Origin: the human T2T-CHM13v2.0 reference genome, Homo sapiens
Assembly: GCF_009914755.1 (NCBI RefSeq)
Contig: NC_060933.1
Strand: one strand, 5' to 3'
DNA: 64,000 bases
Both the position numbers and the translations under genes were made by a program. The notes under the pieces were generated by a model. That model was not told where the DNA came from and did no database searches. It saw nothing but the letters and a program-made list of their open reading frames with translations. Positions 24,346-40,986 of this stretch are shown here, piece after piece; within the stretch, counting starts at the first letter, position 1, and every line of letters begins with the position of its first letter.

Positions 24346-27049
24346 TCATTAAGGATATAAGCAAAAGATATTTTGGTTACATGGAAAGAATTGAAGCCTA
24401 ATTTGAAAAAGTTTGCTAGATTTTATTTCATGTATGCATAGCTGTGACTGTACACTCATGTATGTGTAAGATATACATAGAGTCACATCAAGTGGTCAGG
24501 AAGTTAATACTATCATTTGGCTAAACATTGAATAAATACTATGCTTTTTGTTGTGAAGAAAAAATTCCCAAAAGGCAATACTTGGAAATGTTTTTGATAT
24601 TATTGTTCTAATATTTATGCAAAAATATGAGTGACATTAAGATTTTAAAAAATAACTCCATATCTTTCCAGACAGTGTCATTCTAAATTAAAAGAAAATT
24701 AAATTGACCTACGCATTTATTTTAATAAAAACTAATATTTGGAAGACGGTGAGTACTAAAGTTGACCAACTATACTCTGTGGTATCAAGTACCATTATAG
24801 TTTGTTTAAAATGTTAATTTGATTTTTATAATATATCCATTGTCTTATTATTAGCTATTTTGTTTTTATCCTCTTGCTAAAGAGTAAGGCAGAAGGAGTT
24901 TTTAATATTTCAGTTTCAAGTAAACTTCTAATGTTAATATGGCTAATATTCTATAGTATGACATAAACTCCAGTCGGTTTTTATTACAACATAACTGTCC
25001 AATACAACATTATATAAATATATGAATCAGAGATCAAGCAATGGCTCTTGAAACAACTATCTCATACCAGCAAGAAAGTCCTGATATTAACACACTATGA
25101 TTCATACATGAACTCTGATTACCACACAACTCAACATCTCCAACATCTTTAATGAGGTCCCAAATTTTAACTATGTTGGGTATTTTTCATCTCCTACTCT
25201 AGAAATAGAGATTAAGGTTGAAGATATATAAATAAGATATCAAATTTTTGAAAGATGACAGGATTAATATTAATTTAAAGGGAATGTTGGCATGTATTTA
25301 AATACTGGACATCATGTGTATAGAAAATGTCCATTTTCATCTGGTAAATCACAGCTTTCGGTGTCTGTGTCTCCTTCCTGTCTCCTTCCAGTTAAAAGGT
25401 GTTCTACATAGCTTTCAGGTGCTCTTTTTGTAATCAGAGTTTGTAGAACCATCTTTACAAAAATAAAACACACACTCTGATGCTGCTGAATAAGAACAGA
25501 GATAGGTAAATCACAGAATCACATGGATTCATCCCAAGTGGCATGGAATTTTAGAGAAAAAAAGTACTCAAGGAACAAGGGGGAACTGCTCTGGCTGAAA
25601 AGTGAAAAGGTCACTCAAGTTTGTATTTCACATCTCTAGTCTTTCAAGTAGATCAAAGGTGCTTGTCTTTGTGTGACTGATTCATGGGGTTGCCAGATGA
25701 CCACATATGGCAGGGCAGCCTTCGTTTTAAGAGCCTGCCCTACCTGCTGTTCTCCTTAGGGGTCCTGACTTTCTGTTGACCTTGCCTGTCTTATTCTGGC
25801 TGCTCCATGCAGCATGGGGAGAAAAGGAAAACTTTGATTTTAGTTTCTTAGGGGATGTTGCACATTTTAGATAACTAAATTGTAAGATTTTCAATTTTCT
25901 TTTGCTCCATTCACCAGCGATTACCCAGAGTTTTCAAGAAGAAAATGTTTCCAAGATAACCATTTGTAGGGTCTCAAAAAATTCTACATTTGAACCTTGG
26001 CCTGATGCCCAGAAAAGCATTCCTATGTCTTAGCACACGAAAATCTCAATCTTACCTTCTAGAAGAGCAAACTAGACTAAAAAGCTTTGTTTGAAATTTG
26101 GAGATAATTGGGGGAAGAAAAGGAAAACTCTGAAGAGAAGAAGAGTTGAAGGAAGTTAGGAAACATGGACTACTATGATGGCATTTATTGCAGAGTGTTA
26201 GAGTTGCAAAGTGTTTTTTACTTATCTCATCTTATAAAATTAGTTCACATTGGTAGTCCCCAAACCAACTATATTACTAATAATATATATTAGGAAACTG
26301 TTTATGATATTACCTTATTAATTTACAATTTTTACAAAACTATATCATTCAATCCTTGCTGTTTTTTTATTAAGTGAATTGTTTTTCATGCATATAAAAG
26401 TATTTAAAAGATTATGTAATCATGCACTTGAAAAATCCAAGAAATTAATAAGTGAATTACTCTTCAAAAATTCATACTTTTGTAATATCGTTGACTTATT
26501 GATGTTATGTTTTTCACAAATATTCTTAAATGTTAAAATGTTTAATGTCAACATTTTTAATTGTAATGTTTTTGTAATATCTTGAGACTCAAGCATTCTG
26601 TCTTAGCTCTTCTTTTAAAGGCATCTCAACATGCTAAATGCCCAATTTCTGCACAATATTACAGACAATAGCTGAAATAAGTAACTCTCTAAGCACTTTT
26701 TGCTTATGATAAACCTTCTTTTAGTTTGACTTAGCTTTCTAAGCATTTCCCAACTTTTATCTTTTTTTGTTCTATGATGCTATTACATAAGAAAGTCTAA
26801 TGATTGTTCTCTAAGTCATTTAGAATGGTAGAAACCACTGGACCCATCTCATGCAGCTGATCTTTCACTATTCCCAATATGACCAACCTACTTAAAACTT
26901 GACTTACCCATCTAGACTCACAACACAGACTGTGAGGAAGATGTGCATGGAGGACATGGTGGAAGGCTTCTGTAGATAACACGCCACATACAAAATCGAC
27001 CCAGTCTCATGAAAATAGGGTGTTATTAAACATGCATTAAAATGTGTGC

Positions 27050-28850
27050 CTTATCTCAAGAATATCCTAAGAGTTTCTTGGCTTCTCACCATTAGAAACA
27101 CTCGTGATAGATAGACACTGAAAAATAAGGGCAGATTTAAAACAGAGATGAAGGTGATTACAAAGAAAGTCATAGAAATAGAGCACAAAGAAGGCCAAAT
27201 TACTAAATGAAATATGAGTATGCTAACATATAACAGAAGGAACTAAACACTGTGTCCCAGAAAAATCTGGTACAGAATAGTCAACACTGAGTTCTGCCTT
27301 ATCAAAGTTACCTTACTTCAAGGGTAGTAACTCTTCTGGACATTTAAGAAAAAATAGTTTCTAAATTGGAGAGGGACAGAATTTAGAAAATCTGGGTGGT
27401 CTCAAACTTTTCCATGACATTATTCAAGGATAGAATATTGCTTTAAAAATGGCTATAACGTTATGCAGAAAAAAAATAGTATGACCCAATAGTCTTAAAC
27501 TGAACTAAATTCTTCTTCAAGTACAAAGGCAAGAGACATATCATGATTCGGGGAATATAATACTTATGAGTTTTTCATGAAAAACATTCTAATTTACAGA
27601 ATCTAGACAATTAAGAAATGAATCAAATTATAGAGTTCAGAAATAATAAAGCCCCAATAGGAAATAGCTAAGGCTACATACCAGCTATAAATACAAAAGA
27701 AAATACAATGTTATAAGACCTACAATGTCAGGAAACATGACATGTCTAGCTGCAATTAGGAGGTTATGAGTGTGCTGAGGATACTGGGGGAATGTTAACT
27801 GCACTAGCTTTCTGATTTTTATTAAGAAATAAAGGTTTGGTGTAAAGACATGCATTAAAATCAGTCCCTGGAAGCAGGATCTAAAAGTTATTTTCTAGAG
27901 CTTATGGTACAAAGTACTAAGAAAAAAAAAGATATCATTTAGCAGGTTATAAGGCAAACCTAACTGAATTCCAAAAAGTTTCAGTGTTGTTAACTCTTTT
28001 ATTATAGCCCAATAAAACTAGAATTTTCTTTTCAAAAAATAGACACAAAAGAGAAAGAAACTAAACAACTCTGACATTCCACAATTTTGTTATATCACTT
28101 TTGAGTCAAAAAGGACAACCTAAAACTTAAAGTTACAGAGTACTTATAAATTAGAAACAATGAAGTTGTGTCAGAATTATGAGATATGGTTAAAGCAGTT
28201 CCTAGTGTAAAGCATAGTATAGATACACAAAAAAGAATCAAAGTAAATGAATACAAATAAATAAGAGCAATGTAACCAAAGACAACTTCAAAAGGGAAAT
28301 TACAGAATTTCATAAAGCTAAAAAACAACTTAATGCAATGAGAGAGAAAAGTAGGACTAATAAATAAATGTAAGAAGTTAGAGACAAAAAGAAATGCATA
28401 AATGATTTGTGGATGTATAAGTATAAAAAGAAAGCACAAATGCCCAAATGTAAAGTGTCAATGGAGAAATAATATAAGTAAATGAAAATCAGAGTAATAA
28501 AAAATCTTACTCAAGTTTATAAAAATTATGATAAACCTAAATAAGTATGTTTTCTAGGAAACTAAGTTACTGAAAAGGGCACCAGAGGAGATAGAAAAAT
28601 CTAACCAGGATAACTACCATGGAGGAGTTTAAAATAATATTAAGAAGCTATATCTACAACAACACCATGAAGCCTACATGAGCAACTCTTTTACAATGTG
28701 AAGGAAAAGATTATTCTAGCAATGTTTTAACAATCTGCCGATATATAAAGTGGAAAGTTTACAAACTCTGTATACAAAACACATGATAGTGATAAAAAAG
28801 TTAAAGTCAATCTATTTTTATTGACATGAAATCCTAAAATAACTATAAAA
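27050..28850 (+). mobile_element. Very old L1 (L1ME-like) remnant hosting the young L1; continues at about 34591-35250
   Basis: Strong A-rich sense bias with residual L1-like stretches; too decayed to type. Confidence 0.45.
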
Positions 28851-29770
28851 TGCAACTGTTCTTTTTTTTAATTATACTTTAAGTTTTAGGGTACATGTGC
28901 ACAACGTGCAGGTTAGTTACATATGTATACATGTGCCATGTTGGTGTGCTGCACCCAGTAACTCGTCATTTAATATTAGGTATATCTACAAATGCTATCC
29001 CTCCCCCCTCCCCCCACCCCACAACAGGCCCCAGTCTGTGATGTTCCCCTTCCTGTGTCCACGTGTTCTTATTGTTCAATTCCCACCTGTGAATGAGAAC
29101 ATGCGGTGTTTGGTTCTTTGTCCTTGCGATAGTTTACTGAGAATGATGGTTTCCAGCTTCATCCATGTCCCTACAAAGGACATGAACTCATCATTTTTTA
29201 TGGCTGCATAGTATTCCATGGTGTATATGTGCCACATTTTCTTTATCCAGTCTATCATTGTTGGACATTTGGGTTGGTTCCAAGTCTTTGCTATTGTGAA
29301 TAGTGCCGCAATAAACATATGTGTTCATGTGTCTTTATAGCAGCATGATTTATAATCCTTTGGGTATATACCCAGTAATGGGATGGCTGGGTCAAATGGT
29401 ATTTCTAGTTCTAGATCCCTGAGGAATCGCCACACTGTCTTCCACAATGGTTGAACTAGTTTACAGTCCCACCAACAGTGTAAAAGTGTTCCTATTTCTC
29501 CACATCCTCTCTAGCACCTGTTGTTTCCTGACTTTTTAATGATTGCCATTCTAACTGGTGTGAGATGGTATCTCATTGTGGTTTTGATTTGCATTTCTCT
29601 GATGGCTAGTGATGATGAGCATTTTTTCATATGTCTTTTGGCTGCATAAATGTCTTCTTTTGAGAAGCGTCTGTTCATAGCCTTCGCCCACTTTTTGATG
29701 GGGTTGTTTTTTTCTTGTAAATTTGTTGGAGTTCATTGTAGATTCTGGATATTAGCCCTTTGTCAGTTCA

Positions 29771-30046
<276 letters not shown>

Positions 30047-30131
30047 TCAGCTTTCTCTATATGGCTAGCCAGTTTTCCCAGCACCATTTATTAAATAGGG
30101 AATCCTTTCCCCATTTCTTGTTTTTGTCAGG

Positions 30132-30188
30132 TTAGTCTGAGATCAAACTGCAAGGCGGCAGTGAGGCTGGAGGAAGGGCGCCCGCCAT
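30132..30188 (-). pseudogene. Truncated L1 ORF0 (MAGALPPASLPPCSLISD*)
   Basis: ATG at 30188-30186 matches the recalled ORF0 N-terminus MAGAPPPASLPPCSLISD; the TAA spans the inversion junction. Confidence 0.8.
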
Positions 30189-30763
30189 TGCTGAGGCTTG
30201 AGTAGGTAAACAAAGCAGCCAGGAAGCTCAAACTAGATGGAGCCCACTGCAGCTCAGGGAGGCCTGCCTGCCTCTGTAGATTCCATCTCTGGGGGCAGGG
30301 CATTGCCAAACAAAAGGCAGCAGAATCCTCTGCAGACTTAAATGTCCCTGTCTGACAGCTTTGAAGAGAGTAGTGGTTCTCCCAGCACGCAGATGGAGAT
30401 CTGAGAATGGAAAGACTGACTCCTCAAGTGGGTCACTGACCCCCTAATAGCCTAACTGGGAGGCACCCCCCAGTTGGGGCAGACTGACACCTCACACGGG
30501 CGCGTACTCCTCTGAGACAAAACTTCCAGAGGAATGATCAGGCAGCAGCATTTGCTGTTCACCAATATCCGCTGTTCTGCAGCCTCTGCTGCTGATACCC
30601 AGGCAAACAGCGTCAGGAGTGGACCTCCAGCAAACTCCAACAGACCTGCAGCTGAGGGTCCTGACTGTTAGAAGGAAAATTAACAAAGAGGAAGGACATC
30701 CACAACAAAAACCCAACTGTACATCACCATCATCAAAGACCAAAGGTAGATAAAACCACAAAG

Positions 30764-31777
30764 ATGGGGAAAAAGCAGAGCAGAAAAACTGGAAACTCTA
30801 AAAATCAGAGTGCCTCTCCTCCTCCAAAGGAACGCAGCTCCTCACCAGCCATAGAACAAAGCTGGACGGAGAATGACTTTGACGAGTTGAGAGAAGAAGG
30901 CTTCAGACGATCAAACTACTCCAAGCTAAAGGAGGAAGTTCGAACCCATGGCAAAGATGTTAAAAACCTTGAAAAAAAATTAGACAAATGGCTAACTAGA
31001 ATAACCAATGCAGAGAAGTCCTTAAAGGACCTGATGGAGCTGAAAACCAAGGCACAAGAACTACATGGCAAATGCACACGCCTCAGTAGTGGATTCAATC
31101 AACTGGAAGAAAGGATATCAGCGATGGAATATCAAATTAATGAAATGAAGCGAGAAGAGAAGTTTAGAGAAAAAAGAATAAAAACAAACGGACAAAGCCT
31201 TCAAGAAATATGGGACTATGTGAAAAGACCAAATCTACGTCTGATCGGTGTACCTGAAAGTGATGGGAAGAATGGAACCAAGTTGGAAAACACTCTGCAG
31301 GATATTATCCAGGAGAACTTCCCCAATCTAGCAAGGCAGGCCAACATTCATATTCAGGAATTACAGAGAACGCCACAAAGATACTCCTCAAGAAGAGCAA
31401 CTCCAAGACACATAATTGTCAGATTCACCAAAGTTGAAATGAAGGAAAAAATGTTAAGGGCAGCCAGAGAGAAAGGTCGGGTTACCCACAAAGGGAAGCC
31501 CATCAGACGAACAGCTGATCTCTCAGCAGAAACTCTACAAGCCAGAAGAGAGTGGGGGCCAATATTCAACATTCTTAAAAGAATTTTCAACCCAGAGATT
31601 CATACCCAGCCAAACTAAGCTTCATAAGTGAACGAGAAATAAAATCCTTTACAGACAAGCTAATGCTGAGAGATTTTTTTCACCACCAGGCCTGCTCTAA
31701 AAGAGATCCTGAAGGAAGCACTAAACATGGAAAGGAACAACCAGTACCAGCCACTGCAAAAATATGCCAAATTGTAA
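30764..31777 (+). pseudogene. L1 ORF1p, frameshifted near 31580
   Basis: MGKKQSRKTGNSKNQSASPPPK...RPNLRLIGVPE...ARREWGPIFNILK, then the frame is lost; native stop aaattgTAA at 31777. Confidence 0.95.
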
Positions 31778-31840
31778 AGACCATTGAGGCTAGGAAGAAA
31801 CTGCATCAACTAACAAGCAAAATAACCAGCTAACATCATA

Positions 31841-34597
<2,757 letters not shown>

Positions 34598-35259
34598 TAA
34601 AAATGAAATAAGATAATAAAAAGAAAATAATGAAGTATAAAAAGGGACATGCCAAATTAAAACAGAATCTTTAAACTGTAAATTATTGATATGTAAATAA
34701 TCATTCTAAATCAATAATAAAAAGACTTCTCCCCTCACACCCCAAAAAACTGATCAAATGAGGGGAATAGGCAGTCACAAAAAAAATAGGCAAAAAGTTC
34801 AGAAGCATATTAAAATAATGTTAATTATGAAGAACAAAATGAAACTTAAAATGTGAAGACATTTCTCACTATCAATGAATTAACACTTCGACAACCCAGT
34901 GTGGATGGCAGCATGAGAGAGCATGTCATCACTACATTTTTGACAGTATACCTGAAGTACTATTGGCAATAGTTGACTAAATTAAAATGCATATGCAATT
35001 AAAAAATATATTCCATATATTTACTTCTATATGTATACACATTGCATGCATAAAAAATTTCACAAGAGTATTACATTTAAATTGAGATCAAAATAAAGTT
35101 TTATCCTCAGAGAAGTGATTACAAAGTATGATTTTTCATTAAAAGTATAATATATAGATATTTACGTGATTAGGGTTCAATTATTTGTGCTCTGACACAG
35201 AAAATTCTCAGTAAGCACATCACTGAATTTAAAAAAATAAGCTATATGAAGGTTGCACG

Positions 35260-36070
35260 TCTGTAAGGGACATGAGATCCATGGACCTGCTCCCCAGGGA
35301 AATAAGCATAACTGTTAAAAATTCTTAAAAGAAAACACAGAAATTAAAGTCACTAGAAATAGTCCTAGAACGTGCAGAAAGTAAAGAAGCATGTATTCAA
35401 TTAAATTTGCTAAAACTTGATAAGAGCAGCAAGTCTATGGCATTTGAGTCACACTCTTCTTCCTTCTCAAGTTCAGCATGATGGAAACTCCGCTGGAGGT
35501 GAGAGCAGCCAAGACCACATGGCTCCTTCTCCTTTCAGCTCTCAGTCAGAGATTACAGTATCTCCCTGAGAGGTAGAGGCTACCAGCATTTCTCATCCCA
35601 CTCACCTACATGTTGCAGAGGTGAAATTACAGGTGAGTGAGGCTGAGAGGTAGAAGGCTCCCCTCTTCCCAATCATACGCTGTAGGTTCTACTCCAGTCA
35701 TGGCAAGCCAAGAACACTGGCACTCTAGTTATTTGTGCCACAGCTTGTTCCTAGAACAGAAGTATCATACTGGGAAAGGCAAGCTGAGGACACCTGGGGT
35801 TACCACCTAAACCAGTGCCCTGCAAAATGATTGTATCACTCCAAGAGAAGTGGACCACTGTCCCTGTCCCTATCTCTGAAGTTGTGGCTCAGATATTTTG
35901 TCAAGGGGGAGAGGAAAGTCATAAGTGTACATATCTGAAGTGAACCTGGACCCAAAGGAACTGACATTATTTGCACCAGAGGGTGGATGAGTTCAAGTCT
36001 AAGATCACTCTCAAAACAGTAGAGCTTGTGATGGTAAGCAATTAAAAGGATCATGGTAACTGTCTGAGAG
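35260..36070 (+). mobile_element. Probable old L1M 5' region
   Basis: More GC-rich segment directly upstream of L1M ORF2 sequence; resembles L1M 5' ends. Confidence 0.4.
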
Positions 36071-36431
36071 AAACAACATAATAAAAGGCCTCACTATAAA
36101 AACCCACAGGCAAATCAAATAATAACAAACTGGGTGCTTTTCTCCTAAGATACAGAACTCTACTCTCATTATTTCTACTCAATATGGTCTTGGAGATTCT
36201 AGCCCAGACAATTAGAAAAGTAAAATAAAATAAAAGTCATCAAGATTGGAAAAGAAGAAATAAAACTATTCCTATTTGCAGATGACATGATCCTGTATGT
36301 GCAAAATAATAAGGAATCCACTAAGAAACTACTAGAAGTAATAAATGAGTGCAGCAAAGTTGCAGGATACAAGATCAAATATGCACAAATCTATTATGTT
36401 TCTATATACTTGCAATAAAAAATAAGAAAAT

Positions 36432-36732
<301 letters not shown>

Positions 36733-36812
36733 TTAAATAAAAATAAAATTTCAAAACTACATTTGTTTATAATAACAAAAGTGTAAAATACATATACATT
36801 TTACAATGGTAA

Positions 36813-37832
36813 TGAGAAAAAATATTTGCAAATTATTTCTGCAACAAAGGACTAATATTCAGAATCTACAAGGAATGTCAACAACTCAGAAAACACAACC
36901 CCATTAACAACTGGGCAAATGAAACTATGCATCTCACAAAGGTCTAATATTCACCATCAATAAGGAACTTAAGCAAATTTACAAGAAAAAAACGACAGCT
37001 CTATTAAAAAGTGGGCAAAGGACATGAACAGATACTTCTCAAAAGAAGACATACATTTGGTTAACAAGTATATGGACATCACTAATCATTAGAAAAATGC
37101 TAATCAAAACCATAATGAGATATCATCTCATACCAGTCAGAATGGCTATTACTAAAAACTAAAAAACAAACAAACAGATGCTGGCAAGATTGTGGAGAAA
37201 ACGAAACACTTATATACTATTGGTGGAGGTGTAAATTAGTGCACCCATTGTGGAGGACAGTGTGGAGATTCCTCAAAGACCTAAAGACAGAAATACCATT
37301 CAACCCAGCAATGCCATTACTAGGTATATACCCAAAGGAATATAAGTCATTCTATTTTAAAGACACATGCACACATAATGTTCATTGCAACACTATTCAC
37401 AATAGCAAAGACATGGAATCAACCTAAATGTTCATCAATGAGAGAATGGATTTTAAAAACGTATTACTTATACACCATGGAATACTATGCAGCCATATAA
37501 AAGAACAAAATCATGACCTTTGCAAAGACATGGGTGGAGCTGGAGGCCATTATCCTTAGTAAACTAATGCAGGAACAGAAAACCAAATATTACATGTTCT
37601 CACTAATAAGTGAAAGCTAAACAAAGGGTACACAGGGACATAAAGATGGAGATAATTGACACTGAGGACTCTAAAAGGGGAGAGCGTGGGAGGGAGTGAG
37701 GGTTGAAAAATTACCTATTGGGTATATTGTTCAATATTTGGGTGATGGCTATGCTATAAGCCCAATCTCTACCATGACACAACATACACATGTAACAAAC
37801 AAGCATATGTACTCCTGAATCTAAAATAAATA
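36813..37832 (+). mobile_element. L1PB4-like (or PA15-17) 3' insert
   Basis: 3'UTR aaattacctattgggtatattgttcaatatttgggtgatgg...ctgaatctaaaataaa. Confidence 0.8.
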
Positions 37833-38042
37833 ACATATTTAGAAAATTTAATAAAGTACAACATTTAAATAAGAAATACCACAAAACATTGTTGAAAGAA
37901 ATTAAAGACCTAAATATGAAAATATACTTTAGTTAAAGGATCAGCTGATAATTAAGATAACAATACTTCCAAATTAATCCACATTTTTAGAGCAATCTCT
38001 ATCAAAGCCTCAGCCAGTTTCTTTATAGAAATTGAAAGGTGA

Positions 38043-38356
38043 TTTTTTTTTTTTTTTTTTGAGACAGGGTCTCTTTTCATCTCCCAGGCTGGAGTGCAGT
38101 GCCATAAACATGGCTCACTGCAGCCCCAATCTCCTGGGCTCAAGTAATCCTTACACCTCAGCACCACAAGAAATTGAGATTACAGCTGTGCACCACCACG
38201 CCCAGCTAATTTTTGTTTTTGTTTTTGTTTTTGTTTTTTTATAGAGATGGGGTTTCACCATGTCGTTCGTGCTGGTCTGAAATTCCTGAGCTCAAGATAT
38301 CCACCTGCCTTGGCTTCCCAAAGTACTTGGGATTACAGAGCAGGAGCCACCATACT
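38043..38356 (-). mobile_element. AluJ
   Basis: Poly(T) then gagacagggtctc...atggctcactgcagcc...ctgggctcaag. Confidence 0.9.
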
Positions 38357-38960
38357 TAACCCCTACAGAAATTTAAGGGACCCAGAATAGCCAAGCAATC
38401 TTGAAAAAGAACAAATATTAAAGACTTATACTTCACAGTTTCAAAATTTACTGCAAAGCTATAGCAATCAAAACAGTGTGGAACTGGCCTAAGGATGGAC
38501 TTACAGACTAATGGAGTAGAGTTGAGACTCCTAAAACAACCCTGTACATCAGTGGTCAACAGATTATCAACAAGTGTGCCAAGATCCTTCAATGAAGAAA
38601 GAATAGTCTTCTCAACAAATAGTGCTGGGAAAACTGAATTTTTTCAGGCAAAAAGAAAAGGAAAGAAATGAAATGAAGTTGGATAGTTGAATCCCTACCT
38701 CACAACATATACAAAACTTCAACCAAAATGTTTAAACGTTTAACCGTCAAGTTATTTAAACCAAATACTTACATATAAAGCTAAAACTACAACTATCTTA
38801 GAAAAATACATAGAAGGATGTTTCAGTGACCTAGGCTGATAACGGTTTCTCAGATATGACACTGAAAGCACATGTAACAAAGGAAAAAACATACCTAAGT
38901 TGGACTTTGCCAAAATAAACTCTTTTGTACTTCAAAGAATACCATCAAGAAAGTAAAATG

Positions 38961-39000
38961 TCATTATTTGTTCCTGTTTATGGCTGAGTAGTATTCCATG

Positions 39001-39063
<63 letters not shown>

Positions 39064-39657
39064 CATACGGTGTGTGTGTATATATATATACACATATATA
39101 CATATACACGTATATGTATATATATATTTTTTTAATTCACTCTTTAGTTGATGGGCATTTGGGCTGGTTCCATATTTTTGCAATTGCAATTGTACTGCTA
39201 TAAACATACGTGTGCAGCATGTGCAACTATCTTTTTTGTACAATGACTTCTTTTCAGCAACCTGGATAGAATCATATACTATTATTCCATGTGAAGTAAC
39301 TCAGGAATGGAAAACCAAACATTGTATGTTCCCACTCATAACTGGAAGCTAAGTTATGAGAACGCAAAGACTTAAGAATGATATGATGGACTTTGGGGAC
39401 TCAGGGGAAAGGGTGGGTGGGGTGTGATAGATAAAAGACTACATATTGGGTAAAGTGTACACTGCTTGAGTGATGGGTTCACTAAAATCTCAGAAATCAC
39501 CACTAAAGAACTTATTCATGTAACCAAACACCACCTCTTCCCCCAAAAACCTATTGAAATGAAATAAAAAATAATAAATAATAAAGTAAAATATAGAGCT
39601 GGCATTCAGTATAATTTATTATAATAGCTGATAAACTTCATTTTATACTTTCAAAAG
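38961..39657 (+). mobile_element. L1PB1-like insert with 5' inversion and probable 3' transduction
   Basis: Antisense L1 38961-39255, then sense L1 cagcaacctgg...aaatctcagaaatcaccactaaagaac to about 39570; A-rich tail; about 60 bp extra; TSD aagaaag(ta/gg)aaatg at 38947-38960 and 39658-39671. Confidence 0.85.
39001..39127. repeat. (TA)n / (TG)n / (CA)n compound microsatellite inside the L1PB1
   Basis: Long pure (at)n run at about 39011-39056 plus degenerate units. Confidence 0.96.
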
Positions 39658-40548
39658 AAGAAAGGGAAATGACAATCCATAGAATGAGAGAAAATACATG
39701 TAAATTATATATTTGATAAGTGACTTGAATTTGTAAAGAATTTTTTGATCTCAGTAATAAAGATCCAATTTATAACGGAAAAAGGATCTCAATAGAGATT
39801 TCTCTATTGAAGATATACAAATGGCCAATAATTTCATGAAAAATGCTCAATATCATTAGCCATTAGAGAAATTAAAGACAAAACCATAATGAGATACATT
39901 TTGACACCCGCCAGGATGATTATAATTAAAAAAAAAAACAGATAATAACCACTGTTGATGAAGATTTCGAGAAATTGGAATGTTCATGCACTGCTGGTGT
40001 GAATATAAGATAATGAGTCTGAAAATTCTGGAGGTTCCTCAGAAGTTTAAACATATGGTTATATGATCTAGCAATTCCACTCCCAGGTATATACCCAACA
40101 AAAACCTCAATGTATGTCCACACAAAATCTTGTACAGGCATGTTCATAGATGCTTTATTCATGAATGGATGAAGTGAAACAATCCAAATGACCATCAACT
40201 GATAAATGGATAAATAAAATGAGACATATCCATACAATAAAATATGATTCAGTAATGAAAATTAAGTACTAATACATGCTAAAACGTGGATGAACCTTGA
40301 GAACAGTATTTTAACTGAAAGAGGGCATCAAGAAAAATCATATATTGTATGAGTTCCATTATATAAAAAGTCCAAAGTAGAAACATTTATAGGAAGAGAA
40401 AGTGAATTAGTGGTTGCCTAGGGCTAGGGTTACTGTGGGAAATGCTACTGTGGCGGGGGTTTCTTTTAGGAATGAGGAAAATATTTTAGGATTTACTATG
40501 GTGATGGTCACACACAATTCTGGGAATATAGTAAAAACCATTGAGTTG

Positions 40549-40580
40549 TTTTGAGTACATGAATTTTTGAGTACATGAAT
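40549..40580. repeat. 16-bp tandem duplication
   Basis: ttttgagtacatgaat twice. Confidence 0.9.
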
Positions 40581-40932
40581 TATATGTTAATGAAATATAT
40601 ACAGACAAAAAGTTGCATAGATTTGAACAATTTTTTGGCATTAGCCACTCCAAAGTGCTTGTTTGCTTTTATGCACAAAAAATTTTGGAAGGATGCACTC
40701 TCCCAATTTCTCCACAAAAATAACACAGGAGTTCATGTCTAAGGTGAAGAGGAATGAAGGAAGTGGTTTTTTTCACTGTTTGATTTTTAAAATTTCTTTT
40801 AGCAATCACTTTAAAATATGAAACAAATTTTATAAAAGGAAAGATACATAGAGAAAAATCTATTAACATTGGCAAGACCTGATGTTGATAGCTACGTGGG
40901 GCCATGGCATACATAGGTGCAGACCACCAACT

Positions 40933-40986
40933 CAATATCAGGATCCCATAAAACATGGGATCATGTTTTATGGGAACCTGATATTG
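40933..40986. repeat. Near-perfect 54-nt inverted repeat
   Basis: 25-bp arms (40933-40957 and 40962-40986), one mismatch, 4-nt loop ggat. Confidence 0.95.

Noticed and set aside
28095-28439. Hydrophobic 114-aa membrane-like ORF
   Set aside because: Antisense of A-rich decayed L1 gives F/L/I-rich frames; compositional artefact.
38932-39243. IYIYIY ORFs here and the HTHTH ORF at 21423-21704
   Set aside because: Reading frames through microsatellites.
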